From NCBI RefSeq assembly GCF_964204645.1, contig NC_134026.1, positions 24,338,150 through 24,402,149 of the forward strand: DNA of 64,000 bases, written 5' to 3'. The translations under genes were made by a program, and so were the position numbers. Below are positions 26,701-40,302 of the stretch, in pieces. A model generated the notes under the pieces. The model was not told the DNA's origin and did no database searches. It was given only the letters and a program-made list of their open reading frames with translations. The stretch comes from Tubulanus polymorphus (taxonomy: Eukaryota; Animalia; Nemertea). Each line of letters opens with the position of its first letter. Within the stretch, counting starts at the first letter, position 1.

Positions 26701-28753
26701 ACAAACTCAACAAACTCAAAACTGGTCTACATTTGACGAAATTACCCATTTTGTCTGACGGTTTTTTTTCCGTCAAAATTACTTTTCAATTCCTTCATAT
26801 GATTCCCCTTATTAGTGTTGAAATTAGTTTTTATTTGTGCTGAAATGATTGAATAGCTTCTAGCTAACATGATTGAATATCGTCTAAGAGCTACGTCGTA
26901 TTTGTCGGGTAACTTCAAAATTTAATCATGCGTACACAAAGCTGTAAATCTGTAATCTGCCGGCAGCCACTGATTCAATTAAAACTTCAGAGAACTCCAA
27001 AAATACACGTTCATTTCATACCTTTCTAGCACTGGAAGTAGTCTGATGCCACAGAAAAAAAATGCTGACAGTCTTGAACTGATTCGCGGAAAATGTGGAA
27101 CAGTGTTCGGAATGGTAATTTCTCTTTTATTCAGCCATTCGTGAAATTTTCCAAACTAAATGAAGGCAGATCGCTTTCCTTTTTCAATTATCTGTGCTCA
27201 TGTGAGTGAGTACCCAATAGTTTATATTGACCCTTCAATCAATTTATTCAGAAATTTGATATAGATTCAGTGAGTTTGTCGTATGACTTAATGGATACTA
27301 GTAACGTCCTGGTTCTTCAGGAATCGTACTTCATTTCATACTTCATAATATAATATATGTGTGTATACTTGCAGTGTTCAGGATTGATGATGACTGTAAA
27401 AGGAATCCCAAGCACATACAATAAGGACTTGCAAGTAAGTCACGTACCCACCGACCTACTATCGCATCGACTCCACGCTCAAATAACAAAACCATTTCTC
27501 AAAACCATGTCATCAAAGTTTGAAAACCTGACTAGTTTTTGTGTTAACAAATGCATTGAATGTATCCGCAATTTTATGCATTAGGATCTGGGTTAATATG
27601 AATTGAATTCATTCTGACAGTTTCGTCCTTCGACACGACAACGGATAAGCATCAGCTTATCAATATTCTATGCTATATTGTACCTACCTACTGCAATGAT
27701 TTATATTTAGGAAGACAAGGTAGCAATATTCGGCGTGTTTGACACAATGTCGGCGATCTTGCAGGTTGCAACAGGAGTTGTATCGACGTTGAAGGTAATA
27801 ATGGCTCATTATTGACCTTTTGGCTGCGAGGAAATTGGTACGAAATTAACTTGATGATTAACTTCATTTCGCGCGCACAAATATTTGAAGATTTCTTGCA
27901 TGATGAAATCACTGGTTGTCATCATATGAAGTTGTATGTTAGACGGGGGGGGGGGGGGGGGGAGGTGAGAGAGAAGAATCAAAGGAATCGCTCTCTCCTA
28001 CCTCCCTGGTTAGACACAGAGATTATATTGACTTGTTCTGCAGTAAATTGTCCCTTTTCTTTGCATAAGGTAATTACACTGTGTTGTTCCCGAGAGCAAT
28101 GGTAACGTAATTAAAAGCTTCTGACTTTATGTGTACCAGTACTTTTTCCTAGTAGCCCAAAGTTATACTGGTCATCAAATATAGCTACGATTAGTGTCTG
28201 AAACATTAATTAAGGCTGGATATACAAATTGCAGATTGATGAAGTGAAATGTAATGCAGCATTAAGTCCAGATATGTTGGCTACTGATATTGCTTACTAT
28301 CTTGTCAGAAAAGGGGTAAATATTATTTCTTGATAGCAGACAGCAATTTTTTATCAAGTATTCCTTCTTCGTTCTTGAATTGTTTATGGTTTACTTCATA
28401 ACATCTTTGTGTTTACAGATGCCATTTCGTGATGCACATGAAATTTCTGGTAAATGTGTAGCAAAAGCTGAAGAAAAATGTTGCACAATGGATAAACTAA
28501 CTCTAGGTGACTTCAAAAATATTCAGTAAGTACTAAGCATTAAGATGAAAGATGAAACTGTTTGATCGATATCTGATGATGCAAGTTATTATTCTTATAC
28601 TGTTTCCTTTTCAGTCAATTATTTGAGGCGGATGTATTGAATATATGGAACTATGAGAACAGTGTAGAACAGTATGCCGTGTTTGGAGGAACTGGCAAAC
28701 CTAGTGTATTTGAACAGATTAGGAAATTTGAAGATTATTTCAAGCTGTTCTAA
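23769..28753 (+). CDS. ASL: Argininosuccinate lyase, multi-exon
   Basis: Spliced peptides [60 protein letters not shown], the fumarase/ASL signature [29 protein letters not shown] and [13 protein letters not shown]|MPFRDAH. ATG at 23769, TAA at 28751-28753. Confidence 0.97.
27945..27962 (+). repeat. Poly-G tract (~18 nt) in an ASL intron
   Basis: Direct reading. Confidence 0.9.
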
Positions 28754-29223
28754 TATACTGATATTTATTGTCTCTCAAACTATTATTGGTTAGGGTATTA
28801 CAGTGAGAATCTTACATATGTTGATTTATCAACTGGGTACAAAATTAATCTTCAATGAAAAAAGATCTTAGTAAACCTTTTATTTCTTATAGAATTGTCT
28901 CATTAGCATTTTCTTTTATAAAAATGCTCATCTTATTCATATTTATTACAACAGTGGACTACTTCACTATAAAAAAAAACTAAAAGGGATATGTTGATGA
29001 AGATTATGAATACAAGTTACGTTTAGTTGCTATTTCTGAACTAATTTCAATTTCATGCAAAGGTGCTAAATGAAATTTATTTTTATTTGCTATATTAAAA
29101 TAGCATTCATAATGGAACTGATGTTGTTGCTTCAGTTTGAATGGATATTTTTGGGACGAGTTGGATGTTATGTTTATAACATGTAGACTACATGAGATAG
29201 TGTAACAAAAAATATTTCAACAA

Positions 29224-29283
29224 ACATCCGAGTTGAACGGTTATCCGAGTTGATCAGATCCGAATTGGGTGGAGTCCACTGTA
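29224..29283. mobile_element. Right end of a degenerate Tc1/mariner-pogo-type MITE (same family as 52879-52993)
   Basis: CATCCGAG.TGAAC.GTTA...GATCAGATCCGA.T...AGTCCACT(G/A)TA is shared with ~52937-52993; terminus ...ACTG followed by TA. Confidence 0.55.
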
Positions 29284-30644
29284 CCAGTATTCTTGAATTT
29301 TAATCACTGTCGCTGAGTAACAATTCACCATAGTACCCATTTGCAACAAAATGCATTGCATTGCTAGCCTAAGCCCACCTAAAGAGGATGAAAGATGTTC
29401 TGTTTGTTGAAGTCTATTCTTTCATTTGATGAGGCATTGTTTCAAACTAAGGATGTCTCATGAATACAGGCCTTCAGAACACCAAAGATGGATTAGTGAG
29501 GATAAATTACATCCACACCTGCCAACCCTGCTCCAATCTTCGTACAATGAGATTCCACTGATGTCTGGTCAAAAGAAACTGTTGAAATCATATCTTAGGA
29601 AACAATATGACAGTACCTGATAACATTTCACAAGATATCATTCTTAATGGATTAGTTATGTTTTTCACGACACATCTGCCTCGTAATGTGATGGGTGATT
29701 AACAACACAACTATTGCATCTTAGAAAAATGGTAATGTGGACTGAGTTGGTGTGATGCGATGTGTGGAATCGTTCTGACGGAGATTAAACTGCTTCCATA
29801 TTTCCTTAGAAAATAATCAAATACTCGCGTTCAGCCCTGGGGGATGGTTCGCTGTGGTATGTGTCGTTCGTGGATCCATGGTTTCGCGTTATCGAGAAAT
29901 CTCTAGCTTCTTCAGAGCCAAATAGCTGCGTGACTACTGGTGCATTTGATATGTATCCAACGACTCATGCTTGATCTAATTTCAATATTTCTGGTGACAT
30001 GGTTTATATCAGTTCTGAGATGAAAATCATTGTTGAGCTTTATCATTTTCACTCAAATAAGCACACTTCAGACAATCTTCTGTGGTCTTAATCACACAAA
30101 TATTTCAAGATCAATTTTCAGTGGAAATTCCTGTCATAAATCCCTGCAAACCATTCATTTACATTCAATCAACATTTGACGTAGATATCACAGTTATAGA
30201 GGGGATATTTCTATGCCCATGGTAGTCCTGTACTTGACAACTAAACAATTACTTAGAGGGTGGGGCTGCCAGCTTCATTCGTGACCATCAGGTGACTGAG
30301 CTCAGGGGTAACGAAGAATCATTTGAATAAATGGGGACGAATAAAATGTACTGATATCTAAACAAATTTACTAAATCTAATTTCAATTATCTTAACAACG
30401 ACATTAGTATTTATTAGTACATTACATTTTACAACAATTGTTCGAACAGTTGGCTAAAAATAATAATACTTAGATTAACTTAACATCATTGCAACAAGCC
30501 TTTAGACCAGCATAAACAAATGCAGGAAATAAAACAAAGACATTCAACTTTGAAAATCATTGATTGGTTTAAAATGAGTTGATGTAATATAAGCAGTGTT
30601 TGGATATGAAGAAATTAAGATAAACTTGCCTTAATCGATTAAAA

Positions 30645-30929
30645 CCCTTTCAGTGCTGACTTATTAATACCCTATAGTGCTGGAGATTATTTGAAAATTT
30701 TGAAAAATTCCACCCTAGTATATTGAATAACCGGAATACCACTATAGTGCGTCTACACCGCGGCACGGTGTATTGTTAGTTACTTTTATTTTACTATGTT
30801 TGACAGGTGTTGCTATCTTTCAATAGAGATAAAAACTAATTACTAATTACAATACACTGCAGTGCAGTGTACTAGCAAAATCCATCACCAATTTATACAC
30901 CGCACTGCGGTGTAGATGCACTGAAAGGG
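30645..30929. mobile_element. piggyBac-like MITE
   Basis: Terminal inverted repeats CCCTTTCAGTGC / GCACTGAAAGGG with TTAA-like flanks (TTAAAA|CCC ... GGG|TTTAA). Internal repeated TACAC(C/T)GC motifs; no ORF. Confidence 0.65.
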
Positions 30930-33900
30930 TTTAATACATTAATCCCATACACAATCAATCCTGAATTTGTACTCTTGCCCTTTTCTGTAAATTGTTACCT
31001 CGAATTAAATCAACTTACATTAAGAATTAAAGTGGATAAGGCCATGTCTACTGTATACGCATATGCACTAAAATCACACATAAAAGTCTGTTACAGCCCG
31101 AGGAAATGTTTCCTTATCGGGAGAAAATCATTTCAGTTCATTTATCAAATACGTACATCTACCAATCAACTAAGGTAATAGATTTCTCAAGGAAAATATG
31201 ACATAAGTATCAGGAGCCGAATAGAGTATAATGTACACCAGCATTTTATACAATCATTCTATAAATATAAGACAAAAGAACTCAGATTCATGATACAAAA
31301 TAATGAAATATAAATCTTAACAGTTATTAAACCCTATGAAATTGGCTTAAAGAGTTACATACTTGAAAATGAATCAATTTTGACTCAACAGTGACCAGAC
31401 AAAATACATTGAAAAACGCATCAAGAAAGTTTTGATGTAACACATTTTATGTCATTAAACGGGTATACCCAATTCAAGGCATGAATATCAATTCCAGACT
31501 TCAATTGTTTTCAATATCACATTTTTTTCTTCCATTTGACATTTTGATATGATATTGATTTTTCTAATGATGATACACGCTGCGTCAATTAATCAAAGTG
31601 AATATCGGATAATGATAATAAAACCCCACTGACAGCGTCGACTATTATTACCAGCAGTGGTTGGTCGCGAGCTTTTTCAAAACATCATCTGCTGTCGTTT
31701 TTCACTCTCTCCAAAAGCCATTGCATACAGAAACGATGGAGCATGATTTTATTAGGCATCGGGCGCGAATATTAATCATCTGCGGCTTTTGTATTTATAA
31801 AGAGAATCGATATCGTCTGTGGAAGTTTTAGCAGATAATCAGTTGAGCGAGGTGATCATTTTCTAAACGGCAAGGGAGGGACTCGTATAAAAAGCCATTT
31901 GTTTCTCAATTGTGATGTAGACGCACATTGCATACATCCATGAGAGTCAATGATATATATCACTCGGAAAGTCATATGAATACAAGGTGATATTCTGTTG
32001 GTGAAATGGCAAGCACTTCTGAAAATAGTGTTGTTGTTATGACAGATCCAGACCAGATGATGAAAGACTACACGAGATTCTGTACCATAAAAGATGAATC
32101 AGTCAGACACTGGATCCCAACAGAATCAAATTATCCTCTGCACTTTAGGTTCAGGTGCACACATTGGTTTGAAAACATATATGTGTGTTTTGACTCACAA
32201 GATTTTTGATAACAATAACTGCCACAGGAGAAAATGAAAAAAAATCTGATCGACATTGTCTATTACATATGTGTAGAGACCATGTGTTTAAGGGCGTAGG
32301 TAGACTTGTGACACGATTGGTTGCAAATGAGCATGTAGGTCAACTGTGACGCTATGCGAAAGTAGAATACGTGCAACCAGGGAGGTGGGAGTATACCCAC
32401 TTCCCTGGTGCAACTTATTTACCTGCGTTGCTGGCAGTCACAGAGGACAGCATCGCAACGAGTCGCTGGCAGTCGCAACGCCGACCTACGGCCGCATCTA
32501 AGTACATCAACTTGAAATACATTGTTTTATCAAAATATAGCTCAAAAGTAAAAGAATTCAACTACTTCTAATGTCATGACACCATCTTAAGGTAATTGGA
32601 ATAAGAAAAAATGGGACAAGTTTTACGGCTTGATTTATCGGACAATCTTCTGCAGGCCATTTCTGTAAAATGCTTTACCGGTATCAATCTTATTGCGCTC
32701 TAATGCTTTTGACGATCTCTAACTGGTTGAGTTGAGTCTTTAAAGTGATCGATGTTTATTCAGGAAATCCATGAAGCAAATTGATGGATAACCATACTAA
32801 GAAATGACTGAGGAGACAGACGGGTTTTTGTGAATACATAATTCAACTTGTCATTACCAGTCTTTCTTTAGCGATAGTAGGTAGATAGTATCAACAGTTG
32901 CTTAGTGACTCGCTTGCTTGTACCCACTCAAAATGACTGAAATGTTCTCCAAGCATTGCCCTGGCTACTAATGATTTCGTTTATCAGAATCATTGAACGC
33001 CAGGGCAGGCCTAATTGCCGTAAACAATCTTTTTCCGGCCTGGTATTAGGAGCATGTCTCGAACAGTAAGCGGATACTAATACTGATGGACGATAGCGAT
33101 TAACCTGATGGATAGCACCAACGTGAAATAAATACGAAACACAACATGGCAACCTAAGCCAATCAACCAAACCAACGCATAGCGATTGTTTGATTCAAAC
33201 AATACCTGTGTACCATGATGTACCTGACAGACCCCACATGAAACAACCTGCAAATATGATATGGCCATATCCCTTACAAGAGTAAATGTCATGTATGCCC
33301 AAGAGAATGAAACAGTAGTTTGTATTGACATGGCTCTAAACAGATTCTTTGCTCAAACTGTTGATATAGTCAATAAGTCATTTGAGTCAGTTGTTTAAAA
33401 AAAAACTGGTGACAAAAATTGCATCGGAAATAGACCAAGGTTCTTCGTACAAAAAAGAATAAGAACTCAATACTTTCTTCTCACAGGGAAGTGATCTGGA
33501 ACTTTTTGTCTTCGCTAACGAACAACTAATTCAATCAAGAAAACAAAAAATGTACACTGAGACATGACGGTAAGACTTAGAAAAAATTGTTTGACTGTTC
33601 GAAGCCAGCATGCATGACACTGGCTCACAATAAAAATTTGATGCAATAAAGATTAGGTTTGCCATATTTCGGTGACACAGAATTGATGCAAATCAAAACC
33701 AGCGGAGCAAGAATAACGCAGCCAGTCAGTTCTGATTTTTCAAAGCAGACCACTGGGATGGGAATATCCATACACATCATGTAAATCTTCTTTTACGATG
33801 TCTTAAATCATGCAAAACTATACCAAGATTGGCATCAGTAACTGTAGTAAATATATTGATGGAGTGTCAACCTTTTAGGCTTCGTAAACTGATTCAGTTA

Positions 33901-34841
33901 AGCATTTTCTATGAAGTACCTAAATTCTTAAGGCTTTACAAGTCATTTAAGTCCTGCGTACAACCTCCTGTGAGCAGTTATAAAACATAAATTGTACTTC
34001 GATGATATTCATATATCATACTAAATGCATACCTAATTCCCACTTTCCGATGGGAAATTGGAGATTATTTTGTAACACTTTCATGTTGTAAGTGGATCTC
34101 CCACTAGAAATGCGATTCAGCTGAAACTTTTCTAACCGCCGCCAGAAAATTTATCTCCAATTCGCCCTAGCCGCATTTGCGATGATCAGATTTCTCATGG
34201 CATAAGTTAAGAATGGCTCGTAGCCGGCAGAAAGAATGCAGCGACTATGACATTCAGAGATTGCATTAGGAACGTTTCCTCGAACATGGAAATCTGATGT
34301 GCTTCAATCTCACGTGTACAGCTGATTTCCATTAAACGTTGTTTCTTTTCACTTCAGTTTCAGACAATTGCAACTCGTGACTAAGGTAGGAAGGAGCTTT
34401 ATGAAGCAGTTTCATAATAGAATAACTAATGAATCTCTAATTTAACAGCAGCACTTTCTTTTGAATGAGATGTCGCAAAAATTAAGTAACATCGCACATT
34501 TGAGTTTCGCTAAAAGATAACAGATACATCTAACGACATATATATATATATATAAATAATACTTTAAATTTTGAATAAAAGAAAGGAGATTGCCCTCACT
34601 GTTAAAATGCACACAAGATATAACAAAATACATCGATATAACTAAACACTACTTGATACATCGATAGTGAATCGACCAACAAAACCGTTTTACCGTTGTA
34701 GTATAAATGCCCAATTCTATATGCCGTAACTAAAACTCAATAATTTGAAATGAATTCTAGAAATAGCTAAATATAGTCGAGTTTTTGTTACTGGTCAAAA
34801 GGCATTGATTAATAATCTATTTTTAATACGTTGAATCAGCG

Positions 34842-37613
34842 TCAGCTGACCCCATCTTTGAATAATTTTCCTGTCATGTTTATATTTTTGTTATTATCAC
34901 TAGGACCATGCGTTGCATCACCATAGTTTATTTTAAGTCCTTTACTCAGTATTTCCTGTTCACGTTTATCCCAAAACTCCTTATTGCGTCTCAACGCTTC
35001 CATATTGTGAGCGACCATTTGGTCCGGTTTACCATAATCCGGCGGATTCTGTCGTGGATTATAACCGAATCTCGCTAACATCGGCGCAATTTTTGGCATA
35101 TCGTGGACAACATCGACCGGTATCTTACCAACCCATCGAGTCAGCGCTTCCACATTCACAGGTTTAATCACTTGATCAGTTGACTTTTCAGTTCTGAAAT
35201 GATGAATAGAAAAAAAAACTCAAAACCAGAATCATCTTTATCTGTACTTTCAACTAATGGAGTTGGTAGAAATGCCTTTGTTGTGATTAACTGATGAAGT
35301 CGGATTCAATAATTTCTATTTTCACATGATTGAACGTCGTATAATTGACTACATTGGCTGGTTAATATTTCTGCCGATGAGAGTTGATTTATGATGAATA
35401 ATTTGTCAGATATGATTTTCTTGTTTTTCACGCGATGAACGCAGTCTCCGAGACCGTAATTCAAATCGCATCTATATTCATACAAGGTTTCCCAAAAAAT
35501 CTATTAAGTCTATCTATGACAAGACAAAACACCACTTCTCTGTGCGAGGTTTTCGGATTTATTGACAGAATTTTAATCTTGGCCGATTTGATAATGGAGA
35601 CACTCTACATAAAGATAATTCATCGTCTGAAAATTATTCATCACCCGATGGAAGCAAATAAAGTCTCAACACGCTAGGATATTCTCTTGACTAAAATGGC
35701 TGCTAGTCAGCCATCTTGGAATTTAATGGCGTACATCTATTTGTCATGTGGATACATTCCATAATGAACAAAAGAAGGATATCTCTAAAATGGAATAGTA
35801 CTGGTCGAAGTTCTGGTAGGCGTATTGATTACTAACATCTGCTTTGATCACATAATAAGAACTACATCGTAACTCAATAAATTGATATTTGGTTGACTTC
35901 TGGCAGCAAGAACATAACCATGAGGTCTGATTTATGGCGACTTTGTCACAATGAAATATACCCTATACTACACAAGTGATTCATCCGCTGAGAGTAACAG
36001 TGCCGTTGCAGGATTAATAATTCAAATGGACAAATTCACCCCTGAAAATGCTGACATATAAATGGTACATTACTTTTGATGTATCGGTATGTCTTATTAA
36101 CAATGCATATAGAACAGACACATCAATTTATAGCCAATGGCATCATAATGTAATGTCTTAATTCATTACTTCTATAACCTGGAAGCACCAAGCTACTGAT
36201 TCAGCGAAATTGGTTTACCCGAAGTAATTTTCAGCTACATTGATGAATCTAGATCAATATGGCAAATATAAATATCACCGTTTCCATTAGCAGTTACTGA
36301 ATATACTTAATAGGAATTACGAATATTAATGATATTAGTTGAATATGGTACCATATAAATAAACCATCTTCGATAATCAGCTGACATATTGGCGTATCAG
36401 GAAATGCACATTTGGTACATTTAGTACAAGAGTACAATGCTGAATTTGTAAATCTGCCTTCCAAAGGACAAGAGGTTAAGAATAAATTGAAAATACAAGA
36501 AAATGAAGACAGCACTGAAACATCAGCTCGACGATAATCCCCACATCAGCAAACCGAATGACAAACTTAAGTGGGCTTACTAAGTGTTGAATCATGTGTG
36601 TGAACGCAAATAGTTGGGTAAGCACATTATTCTGGTAAATTGGGCACCACATAAGTTTGGTACTTCATAAGCCCAGAAACTTGGGTGAACGTTACTATCA
36701 GTCAGTCTAGAGACATCGAATGAAAGCTAATGTAAAACATTATTCACTAGGTTATCAGTTTTTGAAGAATAGGAAAAACCAGCACAAACCTTGATAAGGA
36801 GATTCCTCCTGGTTTTCCAACATAATCTTGATGATTCAACACTGAATCATGCCAAGGAATGGCCAAGAATTCCATGATTTTTCGCATCCATTCTTCAGGA
36901 TGAAGTACAAGTTGTTCATAATACACTGGCATACAACGCGCGGATCCAACTCGTAGGCACTGATAATACATTTGCTCGACTGCTTCGCTCCACTTTTTCA
37001 AACTTTCGCGATAGCTTTTCAAATTGAACCCGGAGATTGTCACCTTGCGACTGATGATCGAATGGACTACGGCGCGACCGTCGCGAATCATGAGCACGAA
37101 TTTCGAATTCGGAAACATTCGAGACAGATAAACGCTCGCTTTCAGCGTGAACGGATCTTTGTTACATAAAAAAGGGGCGGCTTCGGCGTGTTTCGCGATG
37201 ATCTCCAGAATAAACACGGACATCGCACCATCTAACACTTCCTCGGTGATTCCTGCTTCTTTAAGACGTTGCATTTCTTTGCTGGAATGTGCCATGTTGC
37301 TGCGCATGCTCAACACGCGCGGGATTATCCGCGTTTCTTCGCCGCAGCGCACGTCGGGATGTGCATCGAGCATGACGCGCATCAGGGTCGTTCCGCTGCG
37401 CGGTACGCCACCTATGAATATGATCGGCATGTGGCGGTCGTACGGATACGTTTTGTTGTCCTTGCCTCGCATGTAGTGAACCGATTCGCGCGGCACCATT
37501 TTGTAACCAATATCGCATGGTATGAACCACGTGTAGACGACAAAGACGATGATACCGATAATGAAAATCCGATAGCAATATTTTCGAAGACGACGATTTG
37601 GCAGGTTCATCAT
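34842..37613 (-). CDS. TPST1: Protein-tyrosine sulfotransferase; two coding exons (37613-36790 and 35193-34842)
   Basis: Type II membrane anchor ([15 protein letters not shown]), PAPS-binding [37 protein letters not shown] and [11 protein letters not shown]. Phase-2 splice gives ISLSR|[13 protein letters not shown]. Upstream acceptor at 37658-37660 implies non-coding 5' exon(s). TPST1 versus TPST2 orthology cannot be resolved. Confidence 0.96.
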
Positions 37614-40009
37614 TGCATCGTGGGCGACGTCGCGGAACAACGATATCTGTGAACACCCTGAAAAACATGAAACGAAACATCATAAGAACGATAGGAAAGA
37701 TAATTACTGAATTTGTTCCGAAGGGTTGACAGCTTCTGTATACACAAAATTACCAAAAACGTTCAATAACCATTAGAATTTCATTTACCAAATTCATAAT
37801 TGACCTTCACAAAATATACTGTAGGCCTATCCTAGAACTTGAACTAGAGGATCATTAGTGAAAATATGTGGTTCCCTTTTGTGAAATACTCAATTCATAC
37901 TTAATATCATTTCTTCGTTATAATGTTAAATAATGTAACATATTCTATTCTACCTATAAATCAATCAATCCTGGAACTGAATGCCTGACTGGCATCTCTT
38001 CACACCCTCAACAACCATTGATATCCCTTTAGTTATTCCTGATCGATCGCCCAAGCCCACAAATCTTTGAGATGCCCGCAATCAATGGCCAACCCATGAT
38101 CTCCTTCACCGAGCAGGATCCCGAGCAGACAGAATCCGATGGACAAGGTTCTCCACAGCGATCGAGCTCGGTGCCAACAGAAACTATATACATACAAAAA
38201 TCTACACTAGAACAAACCTTTTATTATGGCGATTTTAGATTATTACATTTGAATCTATTCCTTTAGTTACAGTTACGTAGCTCGTAGTTTTTTTTTAAAT
38301 TTCCGCACTGATATGTAATCTCAGATATCCGAAACTAATAACCCAAGCAATTTGAAGCTTAATAGCCGTGCTGAAAGGTAAAAACAGAGAACACAATATC
38401 TGTTCTATCACAGAACATAGTAATCTTTATATCACATTCCAAATTGCTCAGAACACTCCGAGCTAACAATCACTTAATTCGAGTTATCGCGTTCCCTTGA
38501 TATTCGCTAGCGAGAGAGAGAGAGAGAGCGCTCGGTTCTCGATATGACAAGACGCAACTTCTCGCAACGCCGCGGCAATGGCTTCAAGTTCAATTAGGAA
38601 ATGCAAGACCAACTTCATACTAATCCCATTCCATCTGAGCGATCCGCGTTGGAAACATGTCAATTACGTGCAGCAGCTGATTACAACAACATCCATTCTT
38701 TAGATTATAGCGCAGAAAGCCGACTAATGAGAACGCAGCGTACTGTGCAATAGAAAAAATCTCGCAAGTTCTCCACACTGCGCTAGAGAGCGTCGGATGC
38801 GAAGTGCATCGGGAGTCTTTTCAACAATAATCTCAGCGAGCATCTCGTGTCTGTACCTCATCAAGAAATAAACGCACTCTAAATATACTGTACAAACAAT
38901 AACAGTGAAACTAGAAGAAATTAGCGAATATTTACTCTCTGTGATTGAGATGATTAAAACTGCGAATATATTGAACTATACTTAGCCGCCTACTAATACA
39001 AAGTCTGCATTGAGTGTTTCAATACGAGCGTCTCGAACGTCGCGTAAAGCAATAGAAATACAAAACAAAGACTCTCTGCAAATCCTTGAAAAGACGAGGA
39101 AATGTGAGTTTCATTCTACCGCGATAGCTATATACCTCATTTACCAGTTGTTACAAACTGCAAGCAAAATGAATTCAGCTCATCATTGTTGTTCAGCTAT
39201 GACTGCGTTCATCTCTCGTTCATGTATAGGGTGCGTATTGTTATGAGGCTTTATAATTAGGCGATGCTTGTTATATTTAGATATTTATAAAGCGTCCTCT
39301 ATTGTTCAAAATGAAAACTATCAGCACGCACGTCACGACTACGACTACACTGGGACGTACTGGGATGGAGAAGAACACATTAAGAGTGAGCTTGAGTTAT
39401 TGAATATGTTGAGTCCTGTATTATACACTGACTGGCACTGGAATAATAAACACTGATTAGTTCTAATAAGACGCTTGACACTTGATAGAAGCAGTAATTT
39501 TCAGCTACGCCAAATAAGGGTCTCATCATTAGGATGTTACAAGTACCGGTAGCTATATGCACACAACAGTTCCACTCCTCCAACTTAATGGCGGAATAAA
39601 TCTAGTGAAATTTTAGAATCTCTGATATTATTGTGGGCCCACAAATGTTTTATATCCACATTTTAGCCATTTTGATTGCTGTGTTCATAGTCCCGGGGCA
39701 GGCTAAAAGCAAATAACTATTCTATAAGTTGAAATATTGTTTAAATATTTGATCATTCTGAAGAAAGGCAGCCACTAGGGGTCTGTGAGATGTATTCATG
39801 AGCTCAATTCCTGATTGACGATAAATTTTACTTTAGGCTAAACAGCGATAAATAGCAGATTAATCATTAAATATTATTTCTCCCAGAAGATTATAGCATT
39901 TTGCTGTTTTAGAAATTACATACGAATAAATTTACAAACAAGAGGGAGGCGACAATATCAATATTACTATTCTGTCTGTTTTAACACACGACAACTGTGA
40001 GGGCGTATT

Positions 40010-40302
40010 TACGGAAGCCCCTAGGTGACATATGAGATAATTTTTTTCATAATTTCGACTTATTAAGTCGAATTTCGACATAATAAGTCGAATTTCGACT
40101 TAATAAGTCGAAATTCGACATGAAAATCAAACTCGAAATTCAACTTAATTAACTCGAAATTCGACCTAATTAACACGAAATTCGACTTATTATGTCGAAA
40201 TTCGACTTATAAAGTCGAAATTCGACTTATTATGTCGAAATTCGACTTAATAAGTCGAAATTGTGAAAAAACTTTCTCGTATGTCACCTAGGGGCTTCCG
40301 TA
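40010..40302. mobile_element. MITE with TACGG...CCGTA termini, 6-bp TSD and internal 20-bp palindromic tandem units (IS3EU-like)
   Basis: TIR TACGGAAGCCCCTAGGTGACATA, extending about 100 bp; TSD CGTATT at 40004-40009 and 40303-40308; about 10 units resembling TTCGACTTATTAAGTCGAAA. Confidence 0.9.

Noticed and set aside
40010-40302. Repeat array superficially CRISPR-like
   Set aside because: Units are contiguous with no unique spacers, it is bounded by TIRs and a TSD, the context is eukaryotic and there are no cas genes.
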